A stretch of DNA of 64,000 bases from Trichodelitschia bisporula (GCA_010356995.1 ML996688.1:1710579-1774578), one strand, 5' to 3'; positions 11,401-24,837 are shown, numbered from the stretch's first letter. Numbers and translations: made by a program. The notes: a model not told the origin generated them from the letters alone.

Positions 11401-14400
11401 TTGGGAATCAGCGTCTCCTCATCGTGCGTCATACCGGCCCGGTAATGCGTTACGCCGGTATCGGTCTGCTTGGACCAGCGTTTGTCGCTGGCGGGGATAA
11501 GAATATGTGAACCTGAGATCATGCCCAATCCACCCAGCTCCTTAGGTGTATAGAAGACGGCGGGAGGGAAACGGGAAGGCATCTTAGAATTCAACCCAAT
11601 CTTAACGCGCGTCTGGATCTTCGTTTCGCACTTGACAATCGTGTCGAGCAGGTTGACGGTCGACACCGCAGCCTCGCGATAGTATGTGAACAAGGCGATG
11701 AGCGTCGTGTTCCACTTGTTCGCAATCTTGGTGAAGGTCGTCGACCCAGATGACATTAGAATTTGGCGAATCCGGTTGTTGAACGCCTGAATATGCTCTT
11801 CCGTGACTTGCAAGAAGGCATGAGCTGTGCGCTCCTTGGTGGCATTGTCGACGAGTGCCCAAACGCTGTCCTTGGTGGGGAATTCCTCATTCATGTTCCG
11901 GATCTTCGGCAGGATACGCACTTCGAAACCGCACATGGAGAACAGCAGATTCGGGTTGTCGCGGCTATAGACGCTCGAGAAGGTGTCATCCCAATCGATC
12001 GTGGTCACTGAACGCGGCAGCCGGTTCTTCAGGTCCCAGAAGACGGCACGACCAAGATTGACATCGTGCCGCATCAAACGCATCCGAGAGTCGCGAGGCC
12101 AGCACTTCTTGTTGCGATACCCAATGACGTTCTCAAAATTGGGGTCCGGCTGCTCCGTCAGGAACCGCTGAATGAGATCACGAGACTCATCAGCCGTGAA
12201 GCGGAAGAAGACCCAGATGCGATCAATGTACCGAGTGTACAAGCGGATGGGATGCCTCGTCTCGGTGGCCTTGTCGCGGAACTGGAGGAAGTCATTCGGA
12301 CTCTGAGGCGGCCCAGCAATCTCGCTCGCGCGCTGGAGACCAAGCAACAGCAGATCAATGACCAGGCCGTAATACTGGAAGACAAAAGCCGAAAACTGAA
12401 GACCACGAATTAGACCATAGTTGTTGGTATGATTCATGTCTTTGTAGTTGAGTTGGACGTTGTTCTTCGAAGTGATGTAATCGGCCAAATTGTGCTCCAT
12501 GATCAGACGGAGTAAGCGGTTGAGTAAGGTGAGATCGATCTTCTCGTACACCTTCGACAGCTGCGTCTCGATCATGACGTTGCACTCTCCGTCCTCTGTC
12601 TCCCAAACTTGGTCCAAATTGTTGATACCCTGGGCCCACTTGTAGACGAGCAAAGGTGGCACTTCGGAATCGGAAGGCTTGATCCATGCGGGGAAAAGAT
12701 GGCGTTGATCGGCCTGATACCACAAGTACTGATCAAGATAGGCATCAGTAATCTTCTCGATCGGCTCGATGTCGTAGACGGGGTTGATAGTACTATAGTT
12801 GTCGTTCATGTCAATTCCCACTTCCTTGAATGCGCGTTGCGTAAGCAGGAAACGCTTGATCCGGGCCAAGGTCGTACCAGGCGAATCGTATGCCTGCTCA
12901 ATCAAAGCCAGTTCCTCGCGCTGGCTCTGGTTCAATCTGCCCTTAACGGAATACGCCTCGCGGAGGCGCTCAAGCGCGAGGATCAAGATCTTCGTATCGT
13001 GCTTGTAAGACACACTTGGGAATGGGATGGGCTGGAATTTGCGCGACTCGAGCCAGTGGACAGTGGTCGTGTAGATGGCAACAGCCTCTTCTGACGAGAT
13101 GTAAGGACCGTCCTTCATGTAGTTGTGCTGACGCTCCTGTTCAGCCTTGAGCCACAGCCGGGTAAGGCGACCCAAGTTCTTCTTTGCAACCGTCTTATCG
13201 ACCGTAGCGCCACGCCGAATGCGCTCCCGATTGTAGTGGGCAACCGAAATCCACCAATCCGCCTTGCTCTTGACATAACGAAGAATGATGTTCTCGATGG
13301 GCGCAGGCAGACCGGGCACCTTCCACGGAATGTTACTCTTCCAGCAACGCCAGGCCTCAGAGAGATGCTGGAGAACGGTGTTGACCTTGCTTTGCTTGAT
13401 GCCCTCAGGCATCATATCCATCAAGTCCGCCATCACGGAGGCGCGGAGCTCCAAGTCGAAATGCGACTCTACGCGCTGCTTGGTAACCGTCTTCGCAACG
13501 CCCTTGCTATGACGGCCCTCGAACTGCCTGGACAACAGGTTGCCCAGCCAGCGCTCAAGGAGCGGAATGATACCACGCATGAAGAAAAGCCACACACGCC
13601 AGGCCGGCGCCCAGAATCCGCAGCCCGGCCCCTTGCCCACGGGGCCTGAATTGAAACGGTAGTAGATCAAATGCTTCAGGTCCTTGCAGGACCGAATCTG
13701 GTGCATCAGCTTGTACTTGTACCGGTACATTCCAGTGAGCTGGCCGACGTGGTTGAAGGCGTAGAGAATTCCGTCTGCAAGCTGGAAGGCATCAATGTTC
13801 CCAAGGCGATACTGAACCTGAGCATCGACGATGAGCTTCGTAAGCCGAAGGATTTCACGCATGAGATGGAAAGCATTGCCAAATCGCGACTTCTTTCGTT
13901 CCTTCGTAGTCAAAGTCTTGATGGGCTTAAGGTTGAAGTTGTAGTCCAGATGGAGATACGTCAAGTTCTTGCGGTGAATCAACAGGTTCAACATGTTGAA
14001 GCCCTGCCGACAGACCTGAAGACCCGCTTCAACCCAGTCGATAGTAGTCTGTTGGAAGAACTTGGTCGACTTAAGAGAGCGCATTAGGCTCTGCTTGTTT
14101 TGCGCCTTTGGTGGACGCTGGTGCAGCTCATTCAGGACAAAGGTCTTCAGCAGTTTCTGGTAGGACACCCGGACCTTCACTGGCTGCCCTTGAGGAACGT
14201 GCTCCAAGTACCACTGCTTCACAAGAGGCACATCCTGTGCCCGAACCATGCGACCGGAGCGCTTGTCGAACGGATGGGGGGCCCACCAGAGAGTGATGGC
14301 GGATGAAGTCTCGGCGTTGTACAACTCTTCCTCGGCAAGGAACGGCTCAGCATTGGGTGGCAGCTCGAACTCATCGTCTTCGTCGTTGCCAGGCCCAAAA

Positions 14401-15560
14401 ATTTCGTCCTCATGGCTGATCGTCAGATTCTTGGGCGCAACCGACCGCGAAGAGATGGGATTAATGACGGGGTCGAAGTAGAAGGCCGGGAGATTGGGAT
14501 CGGTCCGGACGTAGACGACCTGAGGGTAAGAGTACCACGACAGCTTGACCATGCGAGGCAGCGAGTTGTATAGGAAGGGGAATGAAACGCGGTACTCCGT
14601 CCGGATGGGGGCCCGGAAGATGATGCGGTCGATGGCGTTGAATTCGCCGAAATCCTCATCGTTAGGATCGATATCCTTGAAAAGAGGTTCGAACCGGGGA
14701 CCTCCAGGGATTGCAACATTCAGGGCTTTCGCCGTGAAGAAGCTGTTGAGGTCGAACATGTGGAAATAATTCTTGTCGACGACATCGCTGAGCAGTTGCT
14801 CGCTAAGACGATACAGAGCCGCCATCTGCGGCAGCGTCAGATTCCAGGTCTTGTAGCTGGGCCCGTTGACGTGGGGTGTGTCCAAAAGAGGCCGGTGTTC
14901 GTAGAACCACTCGAAGACAGGCCCATCTTCATCTTCGTCGAGTTCCATTTGAATCGGCTCAAGGGGGTCCACATCTTCAATGTTCTCCGACCAGGAAAGC
15001 GGAGGCTCTTCATCGTCAAAGGGCGGGAAACGCATGCGCTTGAAGTGACGACGGTCGCTCTTCTCACGTCGCATAACCACCCACATCGTGGCCCACTGTG
15101 CGTGGAAGACAGGCTCGATGACGCGAGGGATCTCGTTGACAAGTGTAAGGCAGCCGTTGACGTGGTAGAGCACCTTAACCTCCCTAGTCGACTCCCAAGG
15201 CATCGGCATGTTCTCCAGGAGCTTGAGGACGGCATGCGGCATGAACTTCAAGGCTCCGAGATAGCTGCGCTTGTCGCTGCTGAACTTCTTCTGCGACACG
15301 TCGCCGATGTCCTTGACGATCTTACGCAGATGCTCCGGCGGCATATCGGCCTTCTGTGTCTCCACAAATCCAGCCCTGCGCTTCTCTCCAAAGCGCTGCC
15401 GCTGCGCGCGCAGCCACTCCTTCTTCTTCTGCGCAAACTTCATGATATGTGGGTCGGTCATAGGGCGGAAGCCCGGCGGCGGTGGAGGAGGAGGAGCCAT
15501 ACCAGGTGGAGGCGGAGGGGGGTTCCATCCCGGCGGCGGTGGAGGTTGATGCGACGCCAT
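8490..15560 (-). CDS. PRP8: Pre-mRNA splicing factor Prp8 (U5 snRNP), intronless and intein-less
   Basis: 2356-aa ORF with the canonical Prp8 sequence throughout ([45 protein letters not shown]-terminal MPN domain). Confidence 0.99.
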   Translation of the reverse strand: MASHQPPPPPGWNPPPPPPGMAPPPPPPPGFRPMTDPHIMKFAQKKKEWLRAQRQRFGEKRRAGFVETQKADMPPEHLRKIVKDIGDVSQKKFSSDKRSYLGALKFMPHAVLKLLENMPMPWESTREVKVLYHVNGCLTLVNEIPRVIEPVFHAQWATMWVVMRREKSDRRHFKRMRFPPFDDEEPPLSWSENIEDVDPLEPIQMELDEDEDGPVFEWFYEHRPLLDTPHVNGPSYKTWNLTLPQMAALYRLSEQLLSDVVDKNYFHMFDLNSFFTAKALNVAIPGGPRFEPLFKDIDPNDEDFGEFNAIDRIIFRAPIRTEYRVSFPFLYNSLPRMVKLSWYSYPQVVYVRTDPNLPAFYFDPVINPISSRSVAPKNLTISHEDEIFGPGNDEDDEFELPPNAEPFLAEEELYNAETSSAITLWWAPHPFDKRSGRMVRAQDVPLVKQWYLEHVPQGQPVKVRVSYQKLLKTFVLNELHQRPPKAQNKQSLMRSLKSTKFFQQTTIDWVEAGLQVCRQGFNMLNLLIHRKNLTYLHLDYNFNLKPIKTLTTKERKKSRFGNAFHLMREILRLTKLIVDAQVQYRLGNIDAFQLADGILYAFNHVGQLTGMYRYKYKLMHQIRSCKDLKHLIYYRFNSGPVGKGPGCGFWAPAWRVWLFFMRGIIPLLERWLGNLLSRQFEGRHSKGVAKTVTKQRVESHFDLELRASVMADLMDMMPEGIKQSKVNTVLQHLSEAWRCWKSNIPWKVPGLPAPIENIILRYVKSKADWWISVAHYNRERIRRGATVDKTVAKKNLGRLTRLWLKAEQERQHNYMKDGPYISSEEAVAIYTTTVHWLESRKFQPIPFPSVSYKHDTKILILALERLREAYSVKGRLNQSQREELALIEQAYDSPGTTLARIKRFLLTQRAFKEVGIDMNDNYSTINPVYDIEPIEKITDAYLDQYLWYQADQRHLFPAWIKPSDSEVPPLLVYKWAQGINNLDQVWETEDGECNVMIETQLSKVYEKIDLTLLNRLLRLIMEHNLADYITSKNNVQLNYKDMNHTNNYGLIRGLQFSAFVFQYYGLVIDLLLLGLQRASEIAGPPQSPNDFLQFRDKATETRHPIRLYTRYIDRIWVFFRFTADESRDLIQRFLTEQPDPNFENVIGYRNKKCWPRDSRMRLMRHDVNLGRAVFWDLKNRLPRSVTTIDWDDTFSSVYSRDNPNLLFSMCGFEVRILPKIRNMNEEFPTKDSVWALVDNATKERTAHAFLQVTEEHIQAFNNRIRQILMSSGSTTFTKIANKWNTTLIALFTYYREAAVSTVNLLDTIVKCETKIQTRVKIGLNSKMPSRFPPAVFYTPKELGGLGMISGSHILIPASDKRWSKQTDTGVTHYRAGMTHDEETLIPNIFRYIIPWESEFIDSQRVWTEYSQKRLEAQQQNRRLTLEDLEDSWDRGLPRINTLFQKDRSTLSFDKGFRARTEFKIYQHMKSNPFWWTSQRHDGKLWNLNAYRTDVIQALGGVETILEHTLFKATGFPSWEGLFWEKASGFEESMKFKKLTNAQRSGLNQIPNRRFTLWWSPTINRANVYVGFQVQLDLTGIFLHGKIPTLKISLIQIFRAHLWQKIHESVVMDLCQVFDQELEALGIETVQKETIHPRKSYKMNSSCADVLLFASHKWSVSNPSMLYDTKDVISSTTTNKFWIDVQLRYGDYDSHDIERYIRAKYMDYTTDSMSIYPSGTGLMIGIDLAYNLYSAYGMYFPGLKQLIQQAMAKIMKANPALYVLRERIRKGLQLYASESNQEFLNSQNYSELFSNQIQLFIDDTNVYRVTIHKTFEGNLTTKPINGAIFIFNPRTGQLFLKIIHTSVWAGQKRLGQLAKWKTAEEVAALIRSLPVEEQPKQLIVTRKGLLDPLEVHLLDFPNISIRASELQLPFQAAMKVEKLGDLILRATEPQMVLFNLYDEWLKTISSYTAFSRLILILRALHVNIDKTKLILRPDKTVITQEHHIWPTLSDEDWIKVEVQLRDLILNDYGKKNNVNTSSLTSSEVRDIILGMEISAPSLQRQQAAEIEKQQQEQQQLTAVTTKTMNAHGEEIIVTTTSQYEQQTFASKTEWRTRAIATSNLRTRANNIYISSEDINEDEHYTYIMPKNVLKRFVTIADLRVQVAGYLYGSSPPDNDQVKEIHTIVMIPQVGNTRDVQLPHQLPQHEYLDKLEPLGIIHTVSGNEPRYMTAMDVTQHARLMNAHSSWDKKTVTMTVSFTPGSVSLAAWALTPAGYKWGADNRDLTSDQPAGFSTAFGEKCQLLLSDKVRGFFLVPESNVWNYSFMGSNFGSVEKKPIYVKIDTPLRFYDDQHRPLHFQNFAELEDIWVDRNDVFE

Positions 15561-15979
15561 ATCGATGATGACAGAGGACGAGGCTCAAGTTGTCGCAGAA
15601 ACGCGCGTCAGGCGCGACTGAGGATGTGAGAACTCGCGATGCTCAATGCAGCGTTCCCCGAACGCAGGACGATAGCTTGGAGGGACCGTCGAGAAAGGAG
15701 TGAATGAGACAATACGATAATCCACAGCTTCACCAGTATTGAGGTGGATAAGTGATGGATGTCGCGTGTGGCAATGGGCGGACGTGAGTAGCTCGTCACG
15801 GCCTTGAGGTTTTCCCAGAAGGAGCGTGCACAGGCCATCCACTAAGGAAGGAGGAGGCGGCCGGAGGGCGGGTTTTACCGAAGGGCTTGGCAAGATTCGG
15901 CTCCCGCAGTCGGGCACAAGCACTTCCAAAATTGCATCGCGAACCTCCTCCGAACTAACCAACAGCACAACCGTTAACG

Positions 15980-16605
15980 ATGCCGGATACTCGCCTTACC
16001 TACGTACGTTTTTCGGTCGCTAGGTCGATTATGCGCCCTTTGCTAATGATTTTTTCTTCAGCGCCGGCGCCAGCCGTACAACACCAAGAGCAACAAAGTC
16101 CGCATCATCAAGACCCCGGGCGGCAAGTTGCGCTATCTTCACATCAAGAAGAAGGGCACTGCTCCTAAGTGTACGCGTCTGACGCTTTATTGGAAATGTG
16201 GATCGTGCTGACAGATGTAGGCGGTGACTGCGGCATCAAGCTCCCCGGTGTATGTTCCATTCCCCTTCCACAACCTCGAAATTCGCACAATCGCAATGGC
16301 GGCGGCTGGCACATCCAGGTCTACCTTCGGATACGTCACTGTACCTGAATGGTATTCCCGCATCCCATGCCAGCCGCCGCTCTCATACAGTTCGCACCCT
16401 GGATCAAACTGACAATTGCCAGGTTCCGGCTCTCCGTCCCCGCGAGTACGCCACCATCTCGCGCCCCAAGAAGAACGTCCAGCGCGCATATGGCGGTTCC
16501 CGCTGCAGCAACTGCGTCAAGGACCGCATTGTCCGCGCCTTCCTGATCGAGGAACAGAAGATCGTCAAGAAGGTCCTCAAGGAGTCGCTTAAGGCCAAGC
16601 GGTGA
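15980..16605 (+). CDS. RPL34: 60S ribosomal protein L34 (eL34), 3 introns
   Basis: Spliced product [80 protein letters not shown]. Confidence 0.97.
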
Positions 16606-17066
16606 AGTGCGTCAGGGCAACGGCAGTAGGGTGTTGGGTTGTGCATTCGGGAAAACGGTTCCGGAGGGAATTATGAACTGAAATCAAGGCTCATTTTCTC
16701 CTTCGCCATGGGCGTGTGAAAGACATCGGATCCCCGTGTTTCTCTGCTTGACTGCTAAACGGACACTCGGCGTGTGGGCTTTTCGGGAACTAGGTACTTA
16801 ACGAGAATGTAGGCATCTCGGTGCCTGGAGTCACTTCATCGTGTACAGCACCAATGCCATGGCTCTGCTTTGATATGATTTGTGTGGTGGGACTTAAACC
16901 TGCTCCAGATCCAGTTCCATTGCTATGGAATGGCCCCACACGCAGCTGATCTGCCTTAGACCGACCTCCACAACACTCTAGAGAGGAGCAAAACCACATG
17001 CGGATTGGAAGCGAAACAATCAACAGTGGATAGGAATGGCAGATTCACATTGACGACTGTTCCTTA

Positions 17067-18350
17067 CTACTCAGGCATCAATGCTACGCGCACTCCCCAT
17101 ACCCAGTCAAGCGACACAAGTAATGGGACCAAAATAGCGTGTTCCGGCGGAACCTGATCGTAACCATGATACCATGGCAAGAATTCGAAGGGTTCCGCCG
17201 CTTCATTCCGGAAACCATAAAGCGAGCTGAGGATATCTTGGGGAATGCGTATGCGTTCCATAGTTAACAGCCAGTACCTCATGAACTGCCACTTCTGGTC
17301 GGTGGGATTTTCACTGATCCGCTGCCCAAACATATCCCAAAAGTCTGAAAGATCGTGATCGCGAAGGATGCCAAAACGTAGGTCTAGAACCCGAAAGCCA
17401 ACGATTAGCTCGCAAATGACGCTAGAATCCCAGACCGAGTCATTCATGGCGTAGTTCACATCTTCAAGGGTGACACTGCAGTTGATGCGTGGTAATCTCA
17501 ATATCCGAATGACCAGCGGAGCGCGGTCTCTGATGGCGTCCCTGATCCCCTGAGAGACAGCATCCGACATGGCGGAGAGGTAATCATAATCAAACTTCCA
17601 GAGATAGGCAAACCAGAGAAATTTCTGCTTTCCCTCGCTCCAGGGGCCACGCAGAAGTTTCCGAGGGTACGGTATATGCCACTTGAGCCCGAAGTAGGGA
17701 ATGTCTAACCAGTCGCAATCCACATCGAGCTTGGACCGAAGATACTCAGGAGGGATCAGATCAAACAAGAACTCGCCATCCTCCCTGTAGTTCTCAGGTT
17801 GAATCTGCTTGGATCCGCCGCGGGCCTCCGGGTGTCCATCGGTGGCCTTGAGCCAGCGCTTTCGCAAGTCCACGATGAGATCAAGGAAGTACTCCCAAGT
17901 GAAGAATCGACATTCAATCAGTCGTGATTGCTCCAAGGGAGTAGCTTCTTCATGCGTGAGATACAGCATCTGAACGGCCATCTCCCGATGGAGGAAGGAA
18001 CTTGAGAGCCGCTGACAGAGGCACCGTGAGCACTTGAAGAGATCGATATTGTGCGACATGAGAAAGACGTTTTGGAGAATCTCGGTTGGGAGTCGCTCAA
18101 GCGGATTCAGTTGCGCTTCAGGTACGTCCATCTTCGTGTGTTTTCGAGAATGACGCAGCGTAAACTGAAAAGAAGGATGGGCTTGTGGGTGGCGCTGTGG
18201 AGATGGCGAAGAATGGTGTCGTTTTTGAGTGACCTTTGTAGACTGGAAAAGCTGTGCTTTTACAGGACGGCCGCGTGGTTTTGACGACTTGTCAATCATG
18301 CCGTGGTGGCCCTTCCTTTTGCCGCGGATTCTAATGGGGGTGAGATCCAT
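17067..18350 (-). CDS. Hypothetical protein with F-box-like motif
   Basis: Long ORF. The likely start is MDLTPIRIRGKRK (18350). LERLPTEILQNVFLMSHN is an F-box-like motif. Confidence 0.7.
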   Translation of the reverse strand: MDLTPIRIRGKRKGHHGMIDKSSKPRGRPVKAQLFQSTKVTQKRHHSSPSPQRHPQAHPSFQFTLRHSRKHTKMDVPEAQLNPLERLPTEILQNVFLMSHNIDLFKCSRCLCQRLSSSFLHREMAVQMLYLTHEEATPLEQSRLIECRFFTWEYFLDLIVDLRKRWLKATDGHPEARGGSKQIQPENYREDGEFLFDLIPPEYLRSKLDVDCDWLDIPYFGLKWHIPYPRKLLRGPWSEGKQKFLWFAYLWKFDYDYLSAMSDAVSQGIRDAIRDRAPLVIRILRLPRINCSVTLEDVNYAMNDSVWDSSVICELIVGFRVLDLRFGILRDHDLSDFWDMFGQRISENPTDQKWQFMRYWLLTMERIRIPQDILSSLYGFRNEAAEPFEFLPWYHGYDQVPPEHAILVPLLVSLDWVWGVRVALMPE

Positions 18351-19985
18351 CGTGTTGCGAGCTAAGAACGTCAGTCCTTCAGGAAGTAGCGGAATAGCGA
18401 TTGGGTTCACTTGCTTGCGCGTGGCGAGGAGGTGCGCCCCCAAATATGCTGTAGCACAGCGATGCGATCCTTCTATTCTTAGGGGACGATTCCCTTGTCC
18501 GAAGCAGAGGTTCGTTATGGCGGTAGTGACTTTTAGAAAGGGTAAGACGATTTCGCTTGCTCTTATATTCACGTGAACGCTCATGCGTCACAGGGAACCT
18601 AGTTCTAAGACTAGGACGGCGTGCCCGGCTGGTTCTCAACGGCAGAGACAAAAAGTAACTGCCTGCTGGAGTTCTACTAGTGGCCGTCACCCAATTCTTT
18701 GATCACCACTGTCGCAACCTGAAAGTTGTGGCCGCGTACGTTAGCAAAGGCGCTCTGCTAGGGGTTATGACTTTCCTGACGACCCTTGCGATAAGTGGTG
18801 GTGACTGAACAAAGATTTGGGTGCGGACCACAGTAGTCTCAGAATCAACTCCGCATACGAAGCAGATAGCTCATACCAGTAGTAAAGGCAAAGGACGATG
18901 ACTTTTCTTGTAGAAGAGTCTACTGTTTTGTAACTCTCTATGCTGTATAGCGTGTTCTGGTCTCTTCGGTTTTCGTCATGGAAGCATGGCATGGGCAATC
19001 ACTTTTCGGAGAGCATACTCGTACTCGTGCCGTCGACATGAGTAACTTTCAGCCTTACGCCTGCACAGTTTCAATCAACTTCCGTTTCGGCACCTCTAAG
19101 TCTATGCACATGTGCTAGCTTTTCTAGCAGGTGAACTCAATATAGAAAAACAGTCAATAGGCTGGAACACACTGCATGCAGAGAAAAATTCAGGAAGGGA
19201 GAGTTCTCAAGCCAGGCTCCGAAGCCCAATCGCGGGGTGTGGTGCGGGTGAATGGTTTTGTAGAAGGACCGTATACGGTAGCGTCCAGCCTTAACAGGAA
19301 ATGTGAATCATCAAGAGCTTGAGAAAGGATATCGGCGGTACGATGTGTTCAGTTTCTAAGTACGCTTCAACCCTGCCACTCAGTCCACCTAATGGCCTAG
19401 ACGGAGAATACGATTCTCCAGGGTTTCGAGACATACGCAAAGTATGAATATTCCTCCATCTGCATGCAGAAGTCGTAGCTAGCTAGCAGGCGAACTAGCT
19501 GCGAAAGAACATGTCGCAGGCTGAATAACCCTCCGTGGTGGGAAAGGTTCATCAATCGATAGTTTCTGGTCAGGACCTGGATCACATTCAGATGGTGTTG
19601 TGGCTGTACGCTGTATGCTATTGCTTTGGCGATCCGAACTTGACGACAGGACCCATAAGATCAGTGGTTCGCCCTATGATGTTGCTTTATCGTTCCAAAT
19701 ATCATTGCAGGACCCATAAGTGGTACGGCGTACGTTGCTGCTTTAGCGCTCCAAACTTCATGATAGGACCCAGCAGATGAAGGGTATATATCTCTGCGAG
19801 ACTCCCTCCACCAGTCCTCCTCTCCAACTCCAACTCAAAGCACCACAACAGCAACCAACACGATTCCGAATTCAGACTATCCTAAGGTCTCTTAGCCCTT
19901 ATGAACGTTCTTACCCATCTCGACACGACCTTGCCTCGCACATCCGCAAAGGACACGATTGCGGGGACACCTGCTGGTCCAAGAC

Positions 19986-20837
19986 ATGAGCGCGGTAAGT
20001 AAAGATAAGTTGGGAGTGAAGATGTACTAACATGTTTTCTCAAAGGTCTGTAAGCGCCTCGGAAGAGTATACCAGAAGTGGCCAGCAAAGACATTTCGCC
20101 TCAGTTCAGCGAACGAGGAAAAGCTCATTGAGTTCTTCAATGAGCACGAGGACCTTCCGGTGCACATGAACACCCTCGGGGAGGTGTTCGTCATCAATGT
20201 GGCTGAAGACGATATCTCCGGGTACTTGTTCGGTTTATGTGACCGAGAGACTCTTGCGGTGACATGCTTCTTTGTCACGGCCACAGAGGAGTGGGACCAT
20301 GTGTTCATGAACCTGCACCTTCATGTGGATGAATACCCCGAGAAGCTGGTTACCAAGTCACTAGAGCCTTTGCTTATGGACGCGGCTGCGAGATGCGCAC
20401 GCCGCCTTTGGACAGGAGGAGTGCCGGGGTCGAGCTTCGGGCGGACATGGACAGAATGGTGTCGATTTCTGCCCCGACAGAATCGCTATTCGGCTGATTG
20501 GCATGTCTGCGCGTCAATGTGTCGCTGTGGCGACCCGTTTTGGCAGCCTTTCATGTTTGACGACCCTATGACTTCCTGGCATAGGTTCTACAAGAGCCCA
20601 ACGCCTGGCCAGGTGTCATCCGGGACTTGGACCAGTCCACCACTCCGGCCCCAGCTAACGCAACGTGGCTGGATTTTACCCAGGCCCCCGCGCACCAAGT
20701 CCGTCCATTTGCCTGGCCTCGGGGCTACTTTCCAGTCTACGCCCTCGGCTGGTGCCGGAATGGGCAAGTGGACTCAAGCGACCTCTCATCAGACGCGGGG
20801 TTTCCCCTGTCAGGCTCCAGTGTGTCGCCGTCTCTAA
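19986..20837 (+). CDS. Hypothetical protein (possibly degenerate)
   Basis: ATG AGC GCG, a phase-0 intron 19995-20045 (GTAAGT..CTAAC..AAG), then an open frame to 20837. No recognisable domain. The 3' end is uncertain because of a possible frame switch near 20630. Confidence 0.4.
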
Positions 20838-21103
20838 CGGCCCAGCGAAAGCAACGAGAGCTTGATGGAATCCGGCGAGGGCCCGCGGGAGCAAAATGAC
20901 GGGCTGCTGACCTCGGATGAAGACTTGCCGACCTCGCATCAAGCACCGCCAGTGCGAATGGAGTTGCTTCCACTACAGACAGGACATGTCGACAGGTTGG
21001 GGTGACTGGCCATGGGCATTCCCGTGTCAGAGTTAGAAGTTGGGAGGAACAGGTCAGAGGTTGGAAGGAGCGAAAATGGAGCAGGATACACTGTAAGGTT
21101 TTT

Positions 21104-21208
21104 GAAACAAGATGGATTTGGACATGATGGATTTGGAAACATGATGGACTTGGAAACATAATAGACTTAGAAATGTAATAGACTTAAAAACATGATGGGC
21201 TTGGAAAC
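21104..21208. repeat. Minisatellite, about 6 copies of a 17-bp unit GAAACATGATGGA(C/T)TTG
   Basis: Tandem units are directly visible, and two copies are AT-shifted. Confidence 0.85.
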
Positions 21209-21251
21209 GTAGGGTTCAATCAATTTCAATGGTCATGCTTGATAGTGCAGA

Positions 21252-21884
21252 CTAAGCAGTGATACCCCTAGCCGTGAGATATGCTTTCCGGTGCTCGTTC
21301 GTGTCGGTCTCAGTTCCCCGGTTGAGGGGAGTCCATTTCGGGTCATCCTGGAACAGCCGCATGGCCTTCGTATACTAGGGAAATGTTTAGCTTGTGCTAA
21401 CACATATCAAGAGGACGCACATTTTTCTCATCAGTAGTGAACCGATGGTAGATGCCAGCAGGCATGATCATCAGATCGTGCTTCTCTAACCTTATCCGCA
21501 CCCAGTCATCCCCCTTGTCCCGCACGTCAAAGTATCCGCTGCCATCCACAATATATCGGATCTCCTCGTCCTCATGGATGTGCTCGTGGAAGAAGGTCTT
21601 GACTTTGTCTTCGTAGACGGGGCCCAGGGCGTCCGGGGATATAGTGATCACGTCTCGGTTCTTGTACCCGCGATCCTTCGCCAGGCTGTCTACATCTTCG
21701 ACGGAGGGGTAGTTGAAGTGAACGATGCCGAGCTCTGCGAGATACTCTGGACTCACTTCACGGCCAGAATCGTGGGCTTCGCGCTGGTCGCCCTATTGGA
21801 GGTGGATCAGCAAAGTCTTGCAATGCGATGCAGCTGCAGCGCGCCTTGACGTACCGGCAGGTTATCATACCAATATGCCTTCAT
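21252..21884 (-). CDS. ADI1: Acireductone dioxygenase (methionine salvage), 2 introns
   Basis: [77 protein letters not shown]. Confidence 0.96.
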
Positions 21885-23141
21885 TCTGCTGCTGCTATCA
21901 GGGGAATAGAATCTATGTGAAGGGAAGATGTGATGACGACAGGGCACAAATGTCAGCAAATTCGAGCGGGGAAGGGCCGGTTCGCGGGGATTACGAGCGA
22001 TTGCGAATTCTTCACGCCGATCGGCTTCCCGGCCAGGCAAAGGTCTCGGGTAACCCAATTACAACAGCACTTGGCTTACGCTCTCTAGCGTATGCGATGA
22101 TTCTAATTGAGTCCTGTCTAGTGTTCATCATACAGCAAGCGAACTTGCTCTTTCCCGTCCCTTCAGTCGTCGTACAGAGGCACAGACCAAGGCTCATCCC
22201 GAAGAAATTGTAGCCGTCCTTCTTAGGCTTTTTAGCGGACAGGGGTACTAGGATCTTTTCGGTGGGGCTTTGGACGTCAGAGTACATCACATAATATGAC
22301 CCCACCTATTGCGACTCTCACGCGTCTGCTTTCCCTTTCTGCAACCTCCCAACGTCGTCTGTAGACGCCTATCCTCCACTGCCTGCTTCATGCCATCGTT
22401 GCATCATGACCGCCGAGCTGCTCTTAGGTAAGGTTACAAGCGTCGACTGCGCAGCTCTAGGGATCGCGCAATCTCGGCTTCTGCTTACGCCCAAAACCGA
22501 CATCCCTCCGAGTTGACGGCGTACATGGCTCGTATATGGCAAACGGCGTCCGGAAGGCACAGTGACGGTGGTGACATGTCTCATTTATGAGGCCCAAGGC
22601 GTATTTCCCGCTATGAAGTCATCCTTTGGACTATTTAACACCACGTGCTGATTCCCTTCGCAGGCTCCCTTCCTACCGGTAAACCTGTCAGCCGCACCCA
22701 GGCCACTATGATGAAGGTTACTGTTATCCCGGGAGTCTGTGCCGGTGGGAGATGTACTGAAGGACACAGTCGCGCAGTGATTCGTTCACGATGCTGGTGA
22801 AGTCTGGGGTTATGCTTAGAGGCATCCAATGAGCGCCAGTGTTGCGACCTCGTGTAGGTCCAACGTGGAGCGGCGCCATCCTGCGCATTACAACATCAGG
22901 CATGGTGGAGAAGGCAGTTCGCTGCGCCATTTCGATTGCCGCAATGGCTTGCAGTTCTGTCTGCAATGGCTTTAGAGTCTTACTGTGGATGCTCGCCGCG
23001 CCACTACGGAATGTCGTCTCTTCGTGTCCAAGCCGAGGGCGTGGAGATGCGTCCCATATATATTCCCCGCCATAGGATTCTAGTTGGTCTCCCGGGTAAG
23101 ACAAAACGTTCTCCATAGTCTATCGCTGGTTTCTCTGCACA

Positions 23142-24837
23142 ATGCCTTCCTTCGTTCATGTTGTTGCGGTGGTTGCCGCCTTTTCAGTTTCGTTCTCGAA
23201 TGCGGTACCAACACAGCCGAATGAGACTGTCTCAAAGCCGGCCTTCGAGACGACATGTGGTGGTAAAAACTACGTCTACGATGGACTTGCAGGATACGGG
23301 TTTGTACCTCCCTCAAATGTGGACAAGTACGGCGACACAATTGGCGGATTCGGATCGTCCATTGCCATTAGCGGGTGGAAGAAGTCCGGCAAATCCTACA
23401 AGGGTACACTGTACGGCCTACCGGACCGGGGCTGGAACACCAATGGCTCTATCAACTTCATCCCTCGCGTACACAAGTTCGCCCTGACCTTCACTCCCAA
23501 TCCCGCCGCGTCCATCAGCAAGCCGGGCTCTCCCAACATCGACCTGAAGTACCAGGACACCATCTTGCTCAAGGGCCCAGATGGCACCCCTGCCACCGGC
23601 TTGGACGCCGACGTCGGAGGCGCGCTGAAGTACCCCGGCTTTCCGGACCTACCCGTCGCGACGTATACGGGCGACGGCTTCGGCGGTGCCGGTCCCGGCG
23701 GCAAGGCTATTCCGATCGACTCGGAAGGCATTGTCCTAACTTCCGACGGCGGGTTCTGGATCAGCGACGAGTATGGCCCGTATGTGTACAAATTCGATGC
23801 CTCGGGCAAGATGACCAAGGCCATCCGTCCGCCCAATGCGATCCTGCCGCTGCGCAATGGCACGGTCAGCTTCAATGCCAATACCGCGCCGCGCTCGGAT
23901 CCGAAGCGCAAGACTATCCCGGCGAACCCCACGCAGGGCCGCCAGAACAACCAGGGCTTTGAGGGGTTGACTACTGCTCCCAAGGGCGAGACGCTTTATG
24001 TTTTGCTCCAGTCTGCCGCTTTCCAGGAAGGTCCGTGAAATCGATTATCAAAAGTGGATCATGCTGATATTGGTCCAGGCGGTGCCAATGCTTCGACGCG
24101 TTTCAACACCCGCTTCCTCAAGTACTCCATCAAGGACAGTAAGAAGGACCCGGAGTTGCAGGCCGAGTATGTCGTCCAGCTTCCCATCTTCAAGGACGCC
24201 TCGAATGCGACCAAGGTCGCTGCTCAGTCGGAAGTGCACTACATCTCCGACACGCAATTCCTGATCTTGGCTCGAGATTCCGGTAACGGTCACGGGCAGT
24301 CCGGTTCCAAGTCCCTGTACCGTCACGCAGATATCTTTGATATCACCAAGGCGACCAACATCAAGGGCACCTACGATGCGTTCAATCAGTCGATTGCCAG
24401 CATCAATGGCGCGTTGAAGACGGGCATCACGCCCGCAACTTACTGCTCGTTCCTCGACTTCAACCTCAACTCCGAGCTGAACAAGTTCGGCGTGCATAAC
24501 GGCGGGGCGCAGGATGCGGGCCTTCTGAATGAGAAGTGGGAGGGTTTAGCGCTGCTTCCCGTCATTGGTGAGGACAAGCAGGGCAAGCGGGACGGGAAGG
24601 GCAAGGACAAGGAGGATGGTGATGAGTACTACCTGTTCTCGCTCTCCGATAATGACTTCATCACTCAGAATGGTATGTAATGAGAGTGTTTTGGAGGTGG
24701 ACGCAGCTAACGGTTCCGTAGGCAAGATTGATGGAGGCAAGATCTCGTACGCCGATGCCAGCGGCTTCAGTCTTGACAACCAGGCGCTGGTTTTCAAGGT
24801 AACTATTCCGAAGGGCTCGAAGCCTCTGAAGTCCTAG
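23142..24837 (+). CDS. Secreted phytase-like esterase (esterase-like activity of phytase domain), 2 introns
   Basis: Signal peptide and motifs GLPDRGWN, DSEGI..FWISDEYGPYVY, NNQGFEGLT, EKWEGLAL and LSDNDF. Introns at about 24032-24078 and 24674-24721. Confidence 0.88.

Noticed and set aside
8343..15629. Many plus-strand ORFs of up to about 290 aa
   Set aside because: They are antisense shadows of PRP8, caused by GC-rich codon usage.
18351..18584. N-terminal extension of the 505-aa ORF
   Set aside because: It starts at a non-ATG codon in the ORF track. The first ATG at 18350 is the more plausible start.
22012..23116. Short ORFs between ADI1 and the esterase
   Set aside because: No recognisable motifs and no consistent splice model could be built.
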